Below are positions 56,261 to 64,000 of a stretch of 64,000 bases of DNA, in pieces. The first letter of the stretch is position 1; each line of letters opens with the position of its first letter. A model generated the notes under the pieces. The model was not told the origin of the DNA, did not search any database, and saw only the letters and a program-made list of their open reading frames with translations. This DNA is from Thermoanaerobaculia bacterium (GTDB lineage: Bacteria > Acidobacteriota > Thermoanaerobaculia > UBA5066): the NCBI GenBank assembly GCA_038245905.1, contig JBBRRY010000002.1:96001-160000 (forward strand). The letters run 5' to 3'. Position numbers and translations under genes: made by a program.

Positions 56261-57231
56261 GACCGCGAGCCGAGGGGTGTCAGAACGAGCCCCTTCGTCA
56301 TCTCGAGCATGCGGTCGATCGCGCGCTTCGCCGGGAGGCGCACGGCCTCCTGGACCTCGAGAACCGGCGCCAGGTCGCGGAGGCAGAGATAGAGCTTCTC
56401 GAGCGTGTTGCGCTTCATGTGCGGGCACGTGTTGCACGCGCAATCGGCGACGGGAGGCGCCGGGATCAGCGTCTTCCCCGGCGCGGCGCGGCGCATCTGG
56501 TGAAGAATGCCCTCCTCGGTCGCCACGATGAACGACGTCTTCGGCGACGTCACGACGTGCTTCAGAAGGCCCGACGTCGATGCCACCACGGTCGCGTGCC
56601 TGAGGATGGCCTCCTCGCATTCCGGGTGCGCGATGACCTCGGCTTCAGGATGGCGCGTCATGAGGCCGATGAGCTTCTTCTCCGAGAACGTTTCGTGCAC
56701 GATGCAGGTGCCCGGCCACACCACGAACTTCCGGTTCAGCTTCTTCTCGAGCCACGCCGCGAGGTTCCGGTCCGGAGCGAAGACCACCGGATCGGGAATT
56801 TGCCGAAGGATCACTTCCGCCGAGGAGGACGTCACGATGACGTCCGAGAGCGCCTTCACGCCGGCCGAGCAGTTGATGTAGCTGACGACCGTGTGACCCG
56901 GGTACTTTCTCAACCATTCTTCGAAAAGCGGCGCCGGGCAGCCGTCGGCCAGCGAACAGCCCGCCTCGAGGTCCGGCACGACGACGGTCTTCTCCGGCGT
57001 GAGGATCTTCGACGTCTCCGCCATGAAGTGAACGCCCGCGAAGGCGATGACCCGCTCCGTCGCCTGCGCTCCCTTGCGCGCGAGCTCGAGCGAGTCGCCC
57101 ACGAAGTCCGCGAGATCCTGGATCTCGGACTCCTGGTAATAGTGGGCCAGAACGATCGCGTTCCGCTCCTTCTTCAGGCGGAGGATCTCCGCCTCGAGGT
57201 CGAGCTGCGGAGGAGATTCGATCGCACTCAT
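56257..57231 (-). CDS. nadA: Quinolinate synthase
   Basis: LAHYYQ, GDSLEL, GVHFMAE, AGCSLA, YINCS, CIVHE, AHPEC, VATE.G, CPHMK. Confidence 0.95.
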   Translation of the reverse strand: MSAIESPPQLDLEAEILRLKKERNAIVLAHYYQESEIQDLADFVGDSLELARKGAQATERVIAFAGVHFMAETSKILTPEKTVVVPDLEAGCSLADGCPAPLFEEWLRKYPGHTVVSYINCSAGVKALSDVIVTSSSAEVILRQIPDPVVFAPDRNLAAWLEKKLNRKFVVWPGTCIVHETFSEKKLIGLMTRHPEAEVIAHPECEEAILRHATVVASTSGLLKHVVTSPKTSFIVATEEGILHQMRRAAPGKTLIPAPPVADCACNTCPHMKRNTLEKLYLCLRDLAPVLEVQEAVRLPAKRAIDRMLEMTKGLVLTPLGSRS

Positions 57232-57290
57232 CCGGCTCATCTTAACGCCGCGCACAGGGGCCGAATTCCCTTTGCTAGACTGAGCCCCCG

Positions 57291-58313
57291 ATGAGCGCAC
57301 GCGCTGAATCCATGGCTCCGACCTCGTCCCCGTGGATTTCGAATCCGCGGTGGGACCTGATCGTCCTCTCCTTCTCCGCCATCCTCGTGGCCGTGCCCCC
57401 GCTCGTCCACTCCCTCGGGAAGACGACGGCCGGGGGGGTCGACATCCTGATCACGCTCCTGGTCGGCGGCCCCCACATGTACGCGACGTTCCTGAAGACG
57501 GTCTTCGAGCCGAACTTCCGGAAGCTCCACCCCGCGCTGACGTTCGCGCCGGTCGTGATCATTCCCCTTCTCGTGATCTCGGGCGCCATCTTCGCCTTCC
57601 AGGCTCTTCTGACGTTCTTCTTCACGTGGGCCTCGATGCACGTCTGCGATCAGGCCTCGTATATCGCCTACCTCTACCGGGAAAAGGGCGGCGCCGCGAA
57701 GCCGTGGCAGCGCGGCCTCGACGTCTCCGTGATCCTGTTCTCCCTATACAGCTACGCGATGTACCGGCACGTCGCGGGGACGTTCCAGATCGGCGACACG
57801 ACGCTCTGGTTCCCCTCGTTTCTCAAGCACGCGTGGTTCGCGAACTCGTTCGCCGTCGTCACGGCGGGGCTCATCGCGGCGTGGGTCGTCTACACGCTCA
57901 ACCAGCTCCGGCGCGGCGAGGTCGGCGGCCCATACGTCTTCTTCATGTCGCTCACGGTCGGGGTCGCGCTCCTCGTGCCGCGCCTTCCCGAGCTCTCGAT
58001 CTCCTTCCAGGGCTTCAACGCCTGGCACTCCTTCCAGTACCTCGGGCTCACGTACCTCATCCTCCAGCAGGACAACACGATCGCGAAGGAGAGCCTCGCG
58101 AAGAAGCTCGCGAAGCCCGGGAAGTTCTTCCGGTACTACGGCTGGAACATCCTCCTGACGACGGGGGCTACGCTCATCATCGTCCTCCTCACGATCGTCC
58201 TGAAGCTGCCGGCCGAGCCGAGCTACTACGCGGTCGTCCTCTCCTTCCTCCTCGTGCACTACGCGCACGACCACGTGCTCTTCGCCTTCGGGAGCGGGTT
58301 CCGCCCGAAGTGA
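57291..58313 (+). CDS. Polytopic membrane protein with four His motifs
   Basis: GGPHMYAT, SMHVCDQ, WHSFQYL, VHYAHDH among multiple TM helices. Confidence 0.7.
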   Translation: MSARAESMAPTSSPWISNPRWDLIVLSFSAILVAVPPLVHSLGKTTAGGVDILITLLVGGPHMYATFLKTVFEPNFRKLHPALTFAPVVIIPLLVISGAIFAFQALLTFFFTWASMHVCDQASYIAYLYREKGGAAKPWQRGLDVSVILFSLYSYAMYRHVAGTFQIGDTTLWFPSFLKHAWFANSFAVVTAGLIAAWVVYTLNQLRRGEVGGPYVFFMSLTVGVALLVPRLPELSISFQGFNAWHSFQYLGLTYLILQQDNTIAKESLAKKLAKPGKFFRYYGWNILLTTGATLIIVLLTIVLKLPAEPSYYAVVLSFLLVHYAHDHVLFAFGSGFRPK

Positions 58314-58330
58314 CGGTTTCCGGGTTCCGC

Positions 58331-59095
58331 ATGCGTCGCGCGGCCGCCGCCCTGGCGGCCGTCGCGCTTTTCACGGCCTCCCCGGCCGCCGCCGCGAAGA
58401 AGAAGCGGAAGGCGCCGGAGCCGACGGCGGTGCCGCGCCCGCCGGACCCGTATCGCGTCACGATTATGACGGCCGACGGCGTCGCCCTCGCGGCATCGTT
58501 CCGGCCCGTCGACGGCAGAGAGAAAGCGCCCGGCGTCCTCCTCATCCACGACTTCTCGCGCGAGCGCCGCGAGTGGGAGCCATTCGCCGAGGAGCTTCAC
58601 GGTCTCGGCTTCGCGACGCTTTCCTTCGACCTCCGCGCCCACGGCGAGTCGACGAAGAAGGCCGCCGCAAAGGTCGGACTCTCCCCCCGCCTCCTCACCG
58701 ACCCGGCCGGCTTCCCGCGCGACGTGGCGGCCGCGGCGGCGTGGCTCCGCGAGAAGACGCCGAAGACGGCGGCCGTCGGACTCTCGGTCGGCGGCTACCT
58801 CGCGCTCCTCGCCTCGTCACGCGGCCAGGTGGACGCCGCCGTGGCCATCTCGGTCAACGAGCCGCGCGTCGTGCGGCTCGCGGGGGGAGAGTCCGTGACG
58901 CCGCGCGGCGCCCTCATGCTCGCGTGCGACCAGGATCCCGGCCGCGCGGACTCCGCGAAGAAGCTCCTCGCGGCATCCGCCGAGCCGAAGCGCATGCTCC
59001 TGTTTCCCGGTCGCTCTCACAACCTCGCCGTGCTCCGCGAGCACCCCGAGGCGAAGGCCGCGGTGCTCGCGTGGCTCGCCGAGCGCCTCAAGTAA
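58331..59095 (+). CDS. Secreted alpha/beta hydrolase
   Basis: TADGV.L, FDLRAHGES, GLSVGG, D and H late in the sequence; start 58331 or 58310. Confidence 0.78.
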   Translation: MRRAAAALAAVALFTASPAAAAKKKRKAPEPTAVPRPPDPYRVTIMTADGVALAASFRPVDGREKAPGVLLIHDFSRERREWEPFAEELHGLGFATLSFDLRAHGESTKKAAAKVGLSPRLLTDPAGFPRDVAAAAAWLREKTPKTAAVGLSVGGYLALLASSRGQVDAAVAISVNEPRVVRLAGGESVTPRGALMLACDQDPGRADSAKKLLAASAEPKRMLLFPGRSHNLAVLREHPEAKAAVLAWLAERLK

Positions 59096-59106
59096 GCTCC
59101 TGCCCC

Positions 59107-59796
59107 GTGAAGACCGTCGTCTTCGACATCGAGACGGTGTCGTTTCCCTGGCTCGAGCTGGACTCTCTCCAGCGCGAGAAGCTGACGCGGTATTCGGAAG
59201 ACCACGAGGATTTTCTTAGAAGGAAGGCGGGGGGATCGTTCTCGCCTTACACCGGGAAGATCGTGGTCATCGCGATGCTGAATCCCGAGACAGGCAAGGG
59301 CGTGGTCTGGTACGAGGCTCCGGAGCGGCGCGACGCGAAATCGGAGGACGGCTTTTTCGACATCGTCGGATGTTCCGAAAAGGAGATGCTCCTCGAGTTC
59401 TGGACCGCTCTCTCGAAGTTCGACCGCTTCGTCACCTTCAACGGCCGCACGTTCGACGGGCCGTTCCTCTCCGTGCGCAGCGCGATCCACGCTCTTACAC
59501 CTTCAAAGAATCTCCTCGGCTACCGGTACTCGATGGAGACGCACGTCGACCTGCTGGAGATCCTGACGTTCCAGGGCGCCGTCTCCCGCGACCAGACGCC
59601 CACCCTCCACTCCGCCTGCGTCGCGTTCGGCATCCCGTCGCCCAAGACCGCCGAGATGCACGGCTACGCCGTCGGGGACGCCTACCGCGAGGGGCGTCTC
59701 GGCGAGGTCGCCGCCTACTGCCGGAAGGACGTCGAGGCGACGGCGGCGCTCTTCAAGCGTCTCGAGACGACGCTCTTGCCGCTCTTCAAACGCTGA
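59107..59796 (+). CDS. Stand-alone PolB-type 3'-5' exonuclease (DEDDy, RNase H-like)
   Basis: VFDIET, TFNGRTFD, HVDL, YCRKDV. Confidence 0.85.
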   Translation: MKTVVFDIETVSFPWLELDSLQREKLTRYSEDHEDFLRRKAGGSFSPYTGKIVVIAMLNPETGKGVVWYEAPERRDAKSEDGFFDIVGCSEKEMLLEFWTALSKFDRFVTFNGRTFDGPFLSVRSAIHALTPSKNLLGYRYSMETHVDLLEILTFQGAVSRDQTPTLHSACVAFGIPSPKTAEMHGYAVGDAYREGRLGEVAAYCRKDVEATAALFKRLETTLLPLFKR

Positions 59797-59851
59797 GTTC
59801 GGCCGCAAGATGCGGGGAGAGGAAAGGCCTTCCTCGCCACACATTCCCGGC

Positions 59852-60928
59852 ATGATGATCACCGCGATGCCCCGCCCAACCTCCTCCGACCCCCGCACCG
59901 GCTGGAAGGCCGTCGCGGCCCGTGACGCTTCCGAGGACGGCCGATTCGTCTTCGCCGTCGTGACGACCGGCGTCTACTGCCGCCCGTCCTGCGCGGCCCG
60001 CCGCCCGAACCGGGAGAACGTGAGGTTCTTCGCCGGTCCCGGCGAGGCCGAGGCCGCGGGCTTCCGCGCCTGCCTGCGCTGCAAGCCCGCGACGACCGAG
60101 CCGCCCGCGGCCGTCAAGGCCGTCCAGCGCGCCGTCGCGTTCCTCGAGACGCATGCGGACGAGACCGTGCCGCTCGCGACGCTCGCGCGCGCGGCGGGCC
60201 TCTCGCCCTTCCACCTCCACAGGACGTTCAAGAAGCTGGTCGGCGTCACACCGAAGCGATACGCGGACGCCCAGCGCGCCGACCGCCTCAAGGCGCTCCT
60301 CAAGAGCGGGTCGGACGTCGCGGCTGCAGGATTCGAAGCCGGCTACGGCTCCTCGAGCCGCGCGTACGCGCACTCTTCGGAGCGCCTTGGCATGACGCCC
60401 GCCCGGTATGCGCGCGGAGGCGGGGGGCTGCACGTCCGCTGGGCGGTCGTTGCGACGCCGCTTGGGCGGCTCCTCGTCGGTGCGACGGACCGCGGCGTCT
60501 GCGCCGTCACGCTCGGCGATTCGGACCGCGCGCTCGAAGCGGGCCTGAGGCGCGAGTACCCGGAGGCGATTCTCGAGAACGCGCCGGGCCACCTCGCCGC
60601 GTGGACGGCGACGATCGCCTCCTCTCTCGCCGGCGCGGCGGACCTCTCCGCGATTCCCCTCGACCTCCGCGCGACGACGTTTCAGCGGCGCGTCTTCGAG
60701 GCGCTCCGGAGGATTCCGCGCGGCGAGACGCGGTCGTATTCCGAGCTCGCGGCCGCGCTCGGGGAGCCAACGGCCGTCCGCGCCGTCGCCTCGGCCTGCG
60801 CGAAGAACCCGGCGGCCCTCGTCGTCCCCTGTCACCGCATCGTCCGGAGCGACGGATCGCTCGGCGGCTACCGGTGGGGCGTCAGACGGAAGCGCGAGCT
60901 CCTGAAACGTGAAAGCGGGCGGCCCTGA
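59852..60928 (+). CDS. ada: Bifunctional Ada regulator / O6-methylguanine-DNA methyltransferase
   Basis: TGVYCRPSC, GFRACLRC, AraC-type HTH, FQRRV..AL..IP.GET.SY, PCHR. Confidence 0.92.
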   Translation: MMITAMPRPTSSDPRTGWKAVAARDASEDGRFVFAVVTTGVYCRPSCAARRPNRENVRFFAGPGEAEAAGFRACLRCKPATTEPPAAVKAVQRAVAFLETHADETVPLATLARAAGLSPFHLHRTFKKLVGVTPKRYADAQRADRLKALLKSGSDVAAAGFEAGYGSSSRAYAHSSERLGMTPARYARGGGGLHVRWAVVATPLGRLLVGATDRGVCAVTLGDSDRALEAGLRREYPEAILENAPGHLAAWTATIASSLAGAADLSAIPLDLRATTFQRRVFEALRRIPRGETRSYSELAAALGEPTAVRAVASACAKNPAALVVPCHRIVRSDGSLGGYRWGVRRKRELLKRESGRP

Positions 60929-60959
60929 GACCGCCCGCCATCCGTGTCGCCGGCCCGGC

Positions 60960-61517
60960 TCAGCGCCAGAAGCCTTCGACCTGGAAACCGTCGTCGTCGT
61001 CGTAGCCCGGAACCCACGCGGCGCCGGAGAAGGGCGGCTGCGCCCAGCCGAGATCGTCGATGTAGACGTAGCCGGGTCCGGGGCAGGCGTTGTAGAAGCG
61101 GAAGCCCGAGAAGACCCGGAACGGCGCGGCGTACCCCGCGTACCCGCGGCGAACGTAGGAACGGCCGGGCGAGACGTACGCGTGGCCGTAATTGCGATAG
61201 CCGCGGTCGGCGCCGTAGCCGCGATACCCGTGGTTGCCGTAGTTGCCGCGGTAGCCGTAGTTTCCGCCGCGGTTCCCGTAATTGCCGTAGCCGTGCTCGC
61301 GCCGCTCTTCGCGGAACTCCTGCCGCGGCGACTCGTAGCCGCGCCCGCGGAACTCCGGGCCATGCCCCCCCTGTCGCCCCTGGATCATCTCCTTCATCTG
61401 GTGTGGCGACGGAGGCAGCGGGAAGCCCTTCCACTGGGCGGCCGCCTTCGGAGCGCTCACCGTCAGGGCCGCGAGGGCCGCGGCGGACAGCGTCAGGTTG
61501 CGCATCGTGTTGTTCAT
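60960..61517 (-). CDS. Secreted Gly/Tyr/Arg/Asn-rich low-complexity protein (YXWGXW-like C-terminus)
   Basis: Signal-like N-terminus; repeats GNYGNRG/GNYGYRG/GNYGNHG; AAWVPGY...VEGFWR. Confidence 0.7.
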   Translation of the reverse strand: MNNTMRNLTLSAAALAALTVSAPKAAAQWKGFPLPPSPHQMKEMIQGRQGGHGPEFRGRGYESPRQEFREERREHGYGNYGNRGGNYGYRGNYGNHGYRGYGADRGYRNYGHAYVSPGRSYVRRGYAGYAAPFRVFSGFRFYNACPGPGYVYIDDLGWAQPPFSGAAWVPGYDDDDGFQVEGFWR

Positions 61518-61683
61518 GATCGGCCTCTCTTTCTGCCCTGGGCTTTCGCCCCGGACATCCGGACAGTTGCAAGGCCGTGCCAGCCGCAACCCCGTGATCC
61601 CCATCACCCGCCGCACGCTTTCGTGCAGCCGGAAGAGGACGGTGCACGTTTCCGTGACTCTAGGCGGCTACGCGGCTACGCCC

Positions 61684-63714
61684 CTACGCCTCGAGGTCTT
61701 TCCGCGCGTTCTTGACGAGCAGGAAGCAGAGGCCGGCGAAAACGATCGCCCCGAGAACGTCTCCGGGGATGCCGTTCTTGATCGCAGGATAGAAGTGCTC
61801 TCCGATGTCCAGCTTCTCGAGAAGCGTCGGCTTGTCCATGTGGAGGACGGCGTCGCCGAGGAACGCCACGACCGCGATGAGAACGCCGCCCAGCGACCCT
61901 CCCGCGACGAGACCGGTGGCGTAGAGCATTCCCGAAGAAAGATCGCCTTCTTCCTTCTCCTTCTCCTTCTCTTTTTTCTTCTCCTTCTTGTGCCGCATCT
62001 TGTCCGCGATCGACTTCATCTGGCCGCCGATGAAGATGGGCAATGTCGTCGAGAGCGGGAGGTACGCGCCCACGGCCCATGACAAGGCGTGGGCCCCCGC
62101 CATCTGCGCCATGAACGCGAGGAACACACCCACGAGAACGGGTGCCCAGGGCAGGTTCTGGGCGAGGAGGCCCTTGATGATCGTGGCCATCAGCGTGGCC
62201 TGCGGCGCCGGAAGCGCCGACGTCCCGATGCCGTGCGCCTCGCCGCCCGCGTACGTCCGATCGAGGAGGAACAGCGTGCCGCCGATGACGACCGTCGAGA
62301 CGAGAACACCGATGATGAAGCCGATCTGCTGACGGCGGGGCGTGGCGCCCACGATGTAGCCCGTCTTCAGGTCCTGCGACGTGGCGCCCGCGTTCGCCGC
62401 CGCGATGCAGACGAGCGCGCCGACGCAGAGGGCGACCGACTGATAGACGTCGCCCGTGCGGCCGATCAGGACGAAGACGACACACGTCCCCATGAGGGTC
62501 GCGATCGTCATGCCCGAGATCGGGTTCGAGGACGTGCCGATGATGCCGACGATGCGGCTCGCCACGGTCACGAAGAAGAAGCCGAAGACGACGACGAGGA
62601 GCGACATGACGAGCGAGCCCGGGAACGGCCCGTGAGGGATTCCCGGAAGAACCGCGATCAGGAGCGCGAGAACGATCGAACCCACCACGACGATACCCAT
62701 CCCGAGGTCGTCGTCCGTGCGGACCTTCTTTGCCGTGCCGGCGCCCGCGCCGATACTCTTCACGGACTCCCGGAACGCCCCAATGATGGTCGGCAGTGTC
62801 TTGATGAGCGTCATCACGCCGGCACACGCGACGGCGCCCGCGCCGATGTAGCGAACGTACGCGCGGTAGATCCACTCCGCGTGCGTGTGGCCGTTCCGCC
62901 AGGCCTCGGAGAAGCCCAGCTTCGAGAGGTCCTCCACGAGGCGCGTCTCGGGCACGAAGATGGAGATGAGCGGGATGAGAGCGAGCCACGAGAGGACGCC
63001 TCCCGAGGCGAGCTCGCCGGCGATCTTCGGCCCGATGATGTAGCCGAGGCCCAGGTACTCCGGCGTGACGGCGCAGGAGAGCGTGGCGTCGGGAATCGTC
63101 CCGTTCTTCCCCGTGCGAAACCACGTCGCCGTCTCGTTCCACAGGCCGACGATGCCGTACATGAACTTGTAGAGCATCGAGATGCCCACGCCCGCGAAGA
63201 CCATCTTCGCGAGGTCGCCGCCCTTCTCACCCGCGATGAGGACGTCGGCGCAGGCCGTGCCCTCGGGATAGGGCAGGGTGCCGTGCTCCTTGACGATGAG
63301 AGGCCGGCGGAGCGGAATCATGAAGAGAACGCCGAGCGTGCCCCCGATCGCCGCGAGGAGGAAGATGACGGAGTACTTGAAGTAGTCGGCCCCGTTCGAG
63401 AGGAAGAGGAGCGCGGGCACCGTGAAGACGACGCCGGCCGCGACCGACTCGCCGGCCGAGCCGATCGTCTGCACCATGTTGTTCTCGAGGATCGTGGACT
63501 TCCCGAGCTTCTTGAAGACCGCGATCGAGAGCACGGCGATGGGTACCGACGCGGAGACCGTCAGGCCGGCGCGCAGCGCGAGATACACCGTGGCCGCGCC
63601 GAAGATGATGCCGAAGAACGACCCGAGGAGGATCGCCTTCAGCGTGAACTCCGGGACCTCCGCGTCCGCCGCGATGTACGGCTTGAAGTCCTGCCCGCTG
63701 CCGGGTGCGCTCAT
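61684..63714 (-). CDS. OPT-family oligopeptide transporter
   Basis: YLALRAGLTVSASVP, ENNMVQTIGSAGES, LPYPEGTACA, SSNPISGMTIAT, QDLKTGY, APQA.LMA. Confidence 0.92.
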   Translation of the reverse strand: MSAPGSGQDFKPYIAADAEVPEFTLKAILLGSFFGIIFGAATVYLALRAGLTVSASVPIAVLSIAVFKKLGKSTILENNMVQTIGSAGESVAAGVVFTVPALLFLSNGADYFKYSVIFLLAAIGGTLGVLFMIPLRRPLIVKEHGTLPYPEGTACADVLIAGEKGGDLAKMVFAGVGISMLYKFMYGIVGLWNETATWFRTGKNGTIPDATLSCAVTPEYLGLGYIIGPKIAGELASGGVLSWLALIPLISIFVPETRLVEDLSKLGFSEAWRNGHTHAEWIYRAYVRYIGAGAVACAGVMTLIKTLPTIIGAFRESVKSIGAGAGTAKKVRTDDDLGMGIVVVGSIVLALLIAVLPGIPHGPFPGSLVMSLLVVVFGFFFVTVASRIVGIIGTSSNPISGMTIATLMGTCVVFVLIGRTGDVYQSVALCVGALVCIAAANAGATSQDLKTGYIVGATPRRQQIGFIIGVLVSTVVIGGTLFLLDRTYAGGEAHGIGTSALPAPQATLMATIIKGLLAQNLPWAPVLVGVFLAFMAQMAGAHALSWAVGAYLPLSTTLPIFIGGQMKSIADKMRHKKEKKKEKEKEKEEGDLSSGMLYATGLVAGGSLGGVLIAVVAFLGDAVLHMDKPTLLEKLDIGEHFYPAIKNGIPGDVLGAIVFAGLCFLLVKNARKDLEA

Positions 63715-63820
63715 GCGTCTATCCTCCTCACGTCATCTGGAAACTGCCGGGGAGTCTGCCATTCCCCGAGGCGCATTGTCGAACGCGGCCGGGCGCGGAA
63801 GGGAGCCTATACTCTCACGC

Positions 63821-64000
63821 ATGAACCCCACCGTCCTCGTCCTCGCGGACGATCTGTTCTGGAAGACCAAGATCGAGCACACGCTGAAGTCGGCGCAGGC
63901 GACCGGCGTCTTCATCGACAAGTCGGATCAGCTTGCGGCGAAGGCCGACCCCCGCTCCGTGGGCCTCGTCATCGTCGACCTGGCGCTCCGCGACGACCCG
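63821..64000 (+). CDS. Receiver (CheY-like) domain protein, partial
   Basis: Read manually: MNPTVLVLADDLFWKTKIEHTLKSAQ...GLVIVDLALRDD; TATACT 7 nt before ATG. Confidence 0.6.
   Translation, partial: MNPTVLVLADDLFWKTKIEHTLKSAQATGVFIDKSDQLAAKADPRSVGLVIVDLALRDDP

Noticed and set aside
61568-61583. sigma54-like TGGCACGGCCTTGCA upstream of the Gly/Tyr-rich gene, and TGGCGTCAGATTGC at 24025-24038
   Set aside because: GG-to-GC spacing is 9 nt rather than the required 10.
61946-61990. Polypyrimidine tract encoding KKEKKKEKEKEKEEG in the OPT transporter
   Set aside because: Low-complexity charged loop at a variable position; frame intact.
54-63921. Hundreds of long overlapping Arg/Gly/Pro-rich ORFs in the track (e.g. 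2522-4849+, 6767-9196-, 15671-17293+, 22242-23969+)
   Set aside because: Shadow frames of real genes in very high-GC DNA where stops are rare; no recognisable motifs.
1-64000. rRNA, tRNA, CRISPR arrays, transposases, integrases, prophage genes
   Set aside because: None recognised; intergenic gaps are short and composition is uniform.

Overview
Gene-dense, very GC-rich (about 70% by eye) bacterial chromosome segment. The gene content (Oar-type TonB-dependent receptors, several GT-C/YfhO glycosyltransferases, AlkP-TPR proteins) suggests Acidobacteriota such as Thermoanaerobaculia, but this is inference. 1-28 kb is a cell-envelope glycosylation locus: GT-C enzymes including an AglB/STT3-like oligosaccharyltransferase, GT2s, a rearranged arn (L-Ara4N) pathway and wzm/wzt. 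It is interrupted by a tandemly duplicated [TonB-dependent receptor + terminator + AlkP-superfamily/TPR enzyme] module. 28-46 kb and 50-64 kb hold mostly transport, metabolic and repair genes (AttEFGH-like ABC, APC permease, moaD/moaE, orphan parA, kbl, M14 peptidase, nadA, ada, OPT). The most striking element is at 46.1-50.5 kb. A divergent DUF2064 gene ends in a RAPP ribosome-arrest-like motif, and its Pro-Pro codons (CCT CCT G) are the complement of the Shine-Dalgarno of the next gene. That gene is an RRE-like/radical-SAM/arsenite-methyltransferase fusion, coupled to a PiT transporter. Together they look like an arrest-peptide-controlled organoarsenical operon. Many genes appear leaderless (TAnnnT 6-7 nt before the start). 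I saw no rRNA, tRNA, CRISPR array or transposase. All family calls come from motif recognition by eye; no database search was run.
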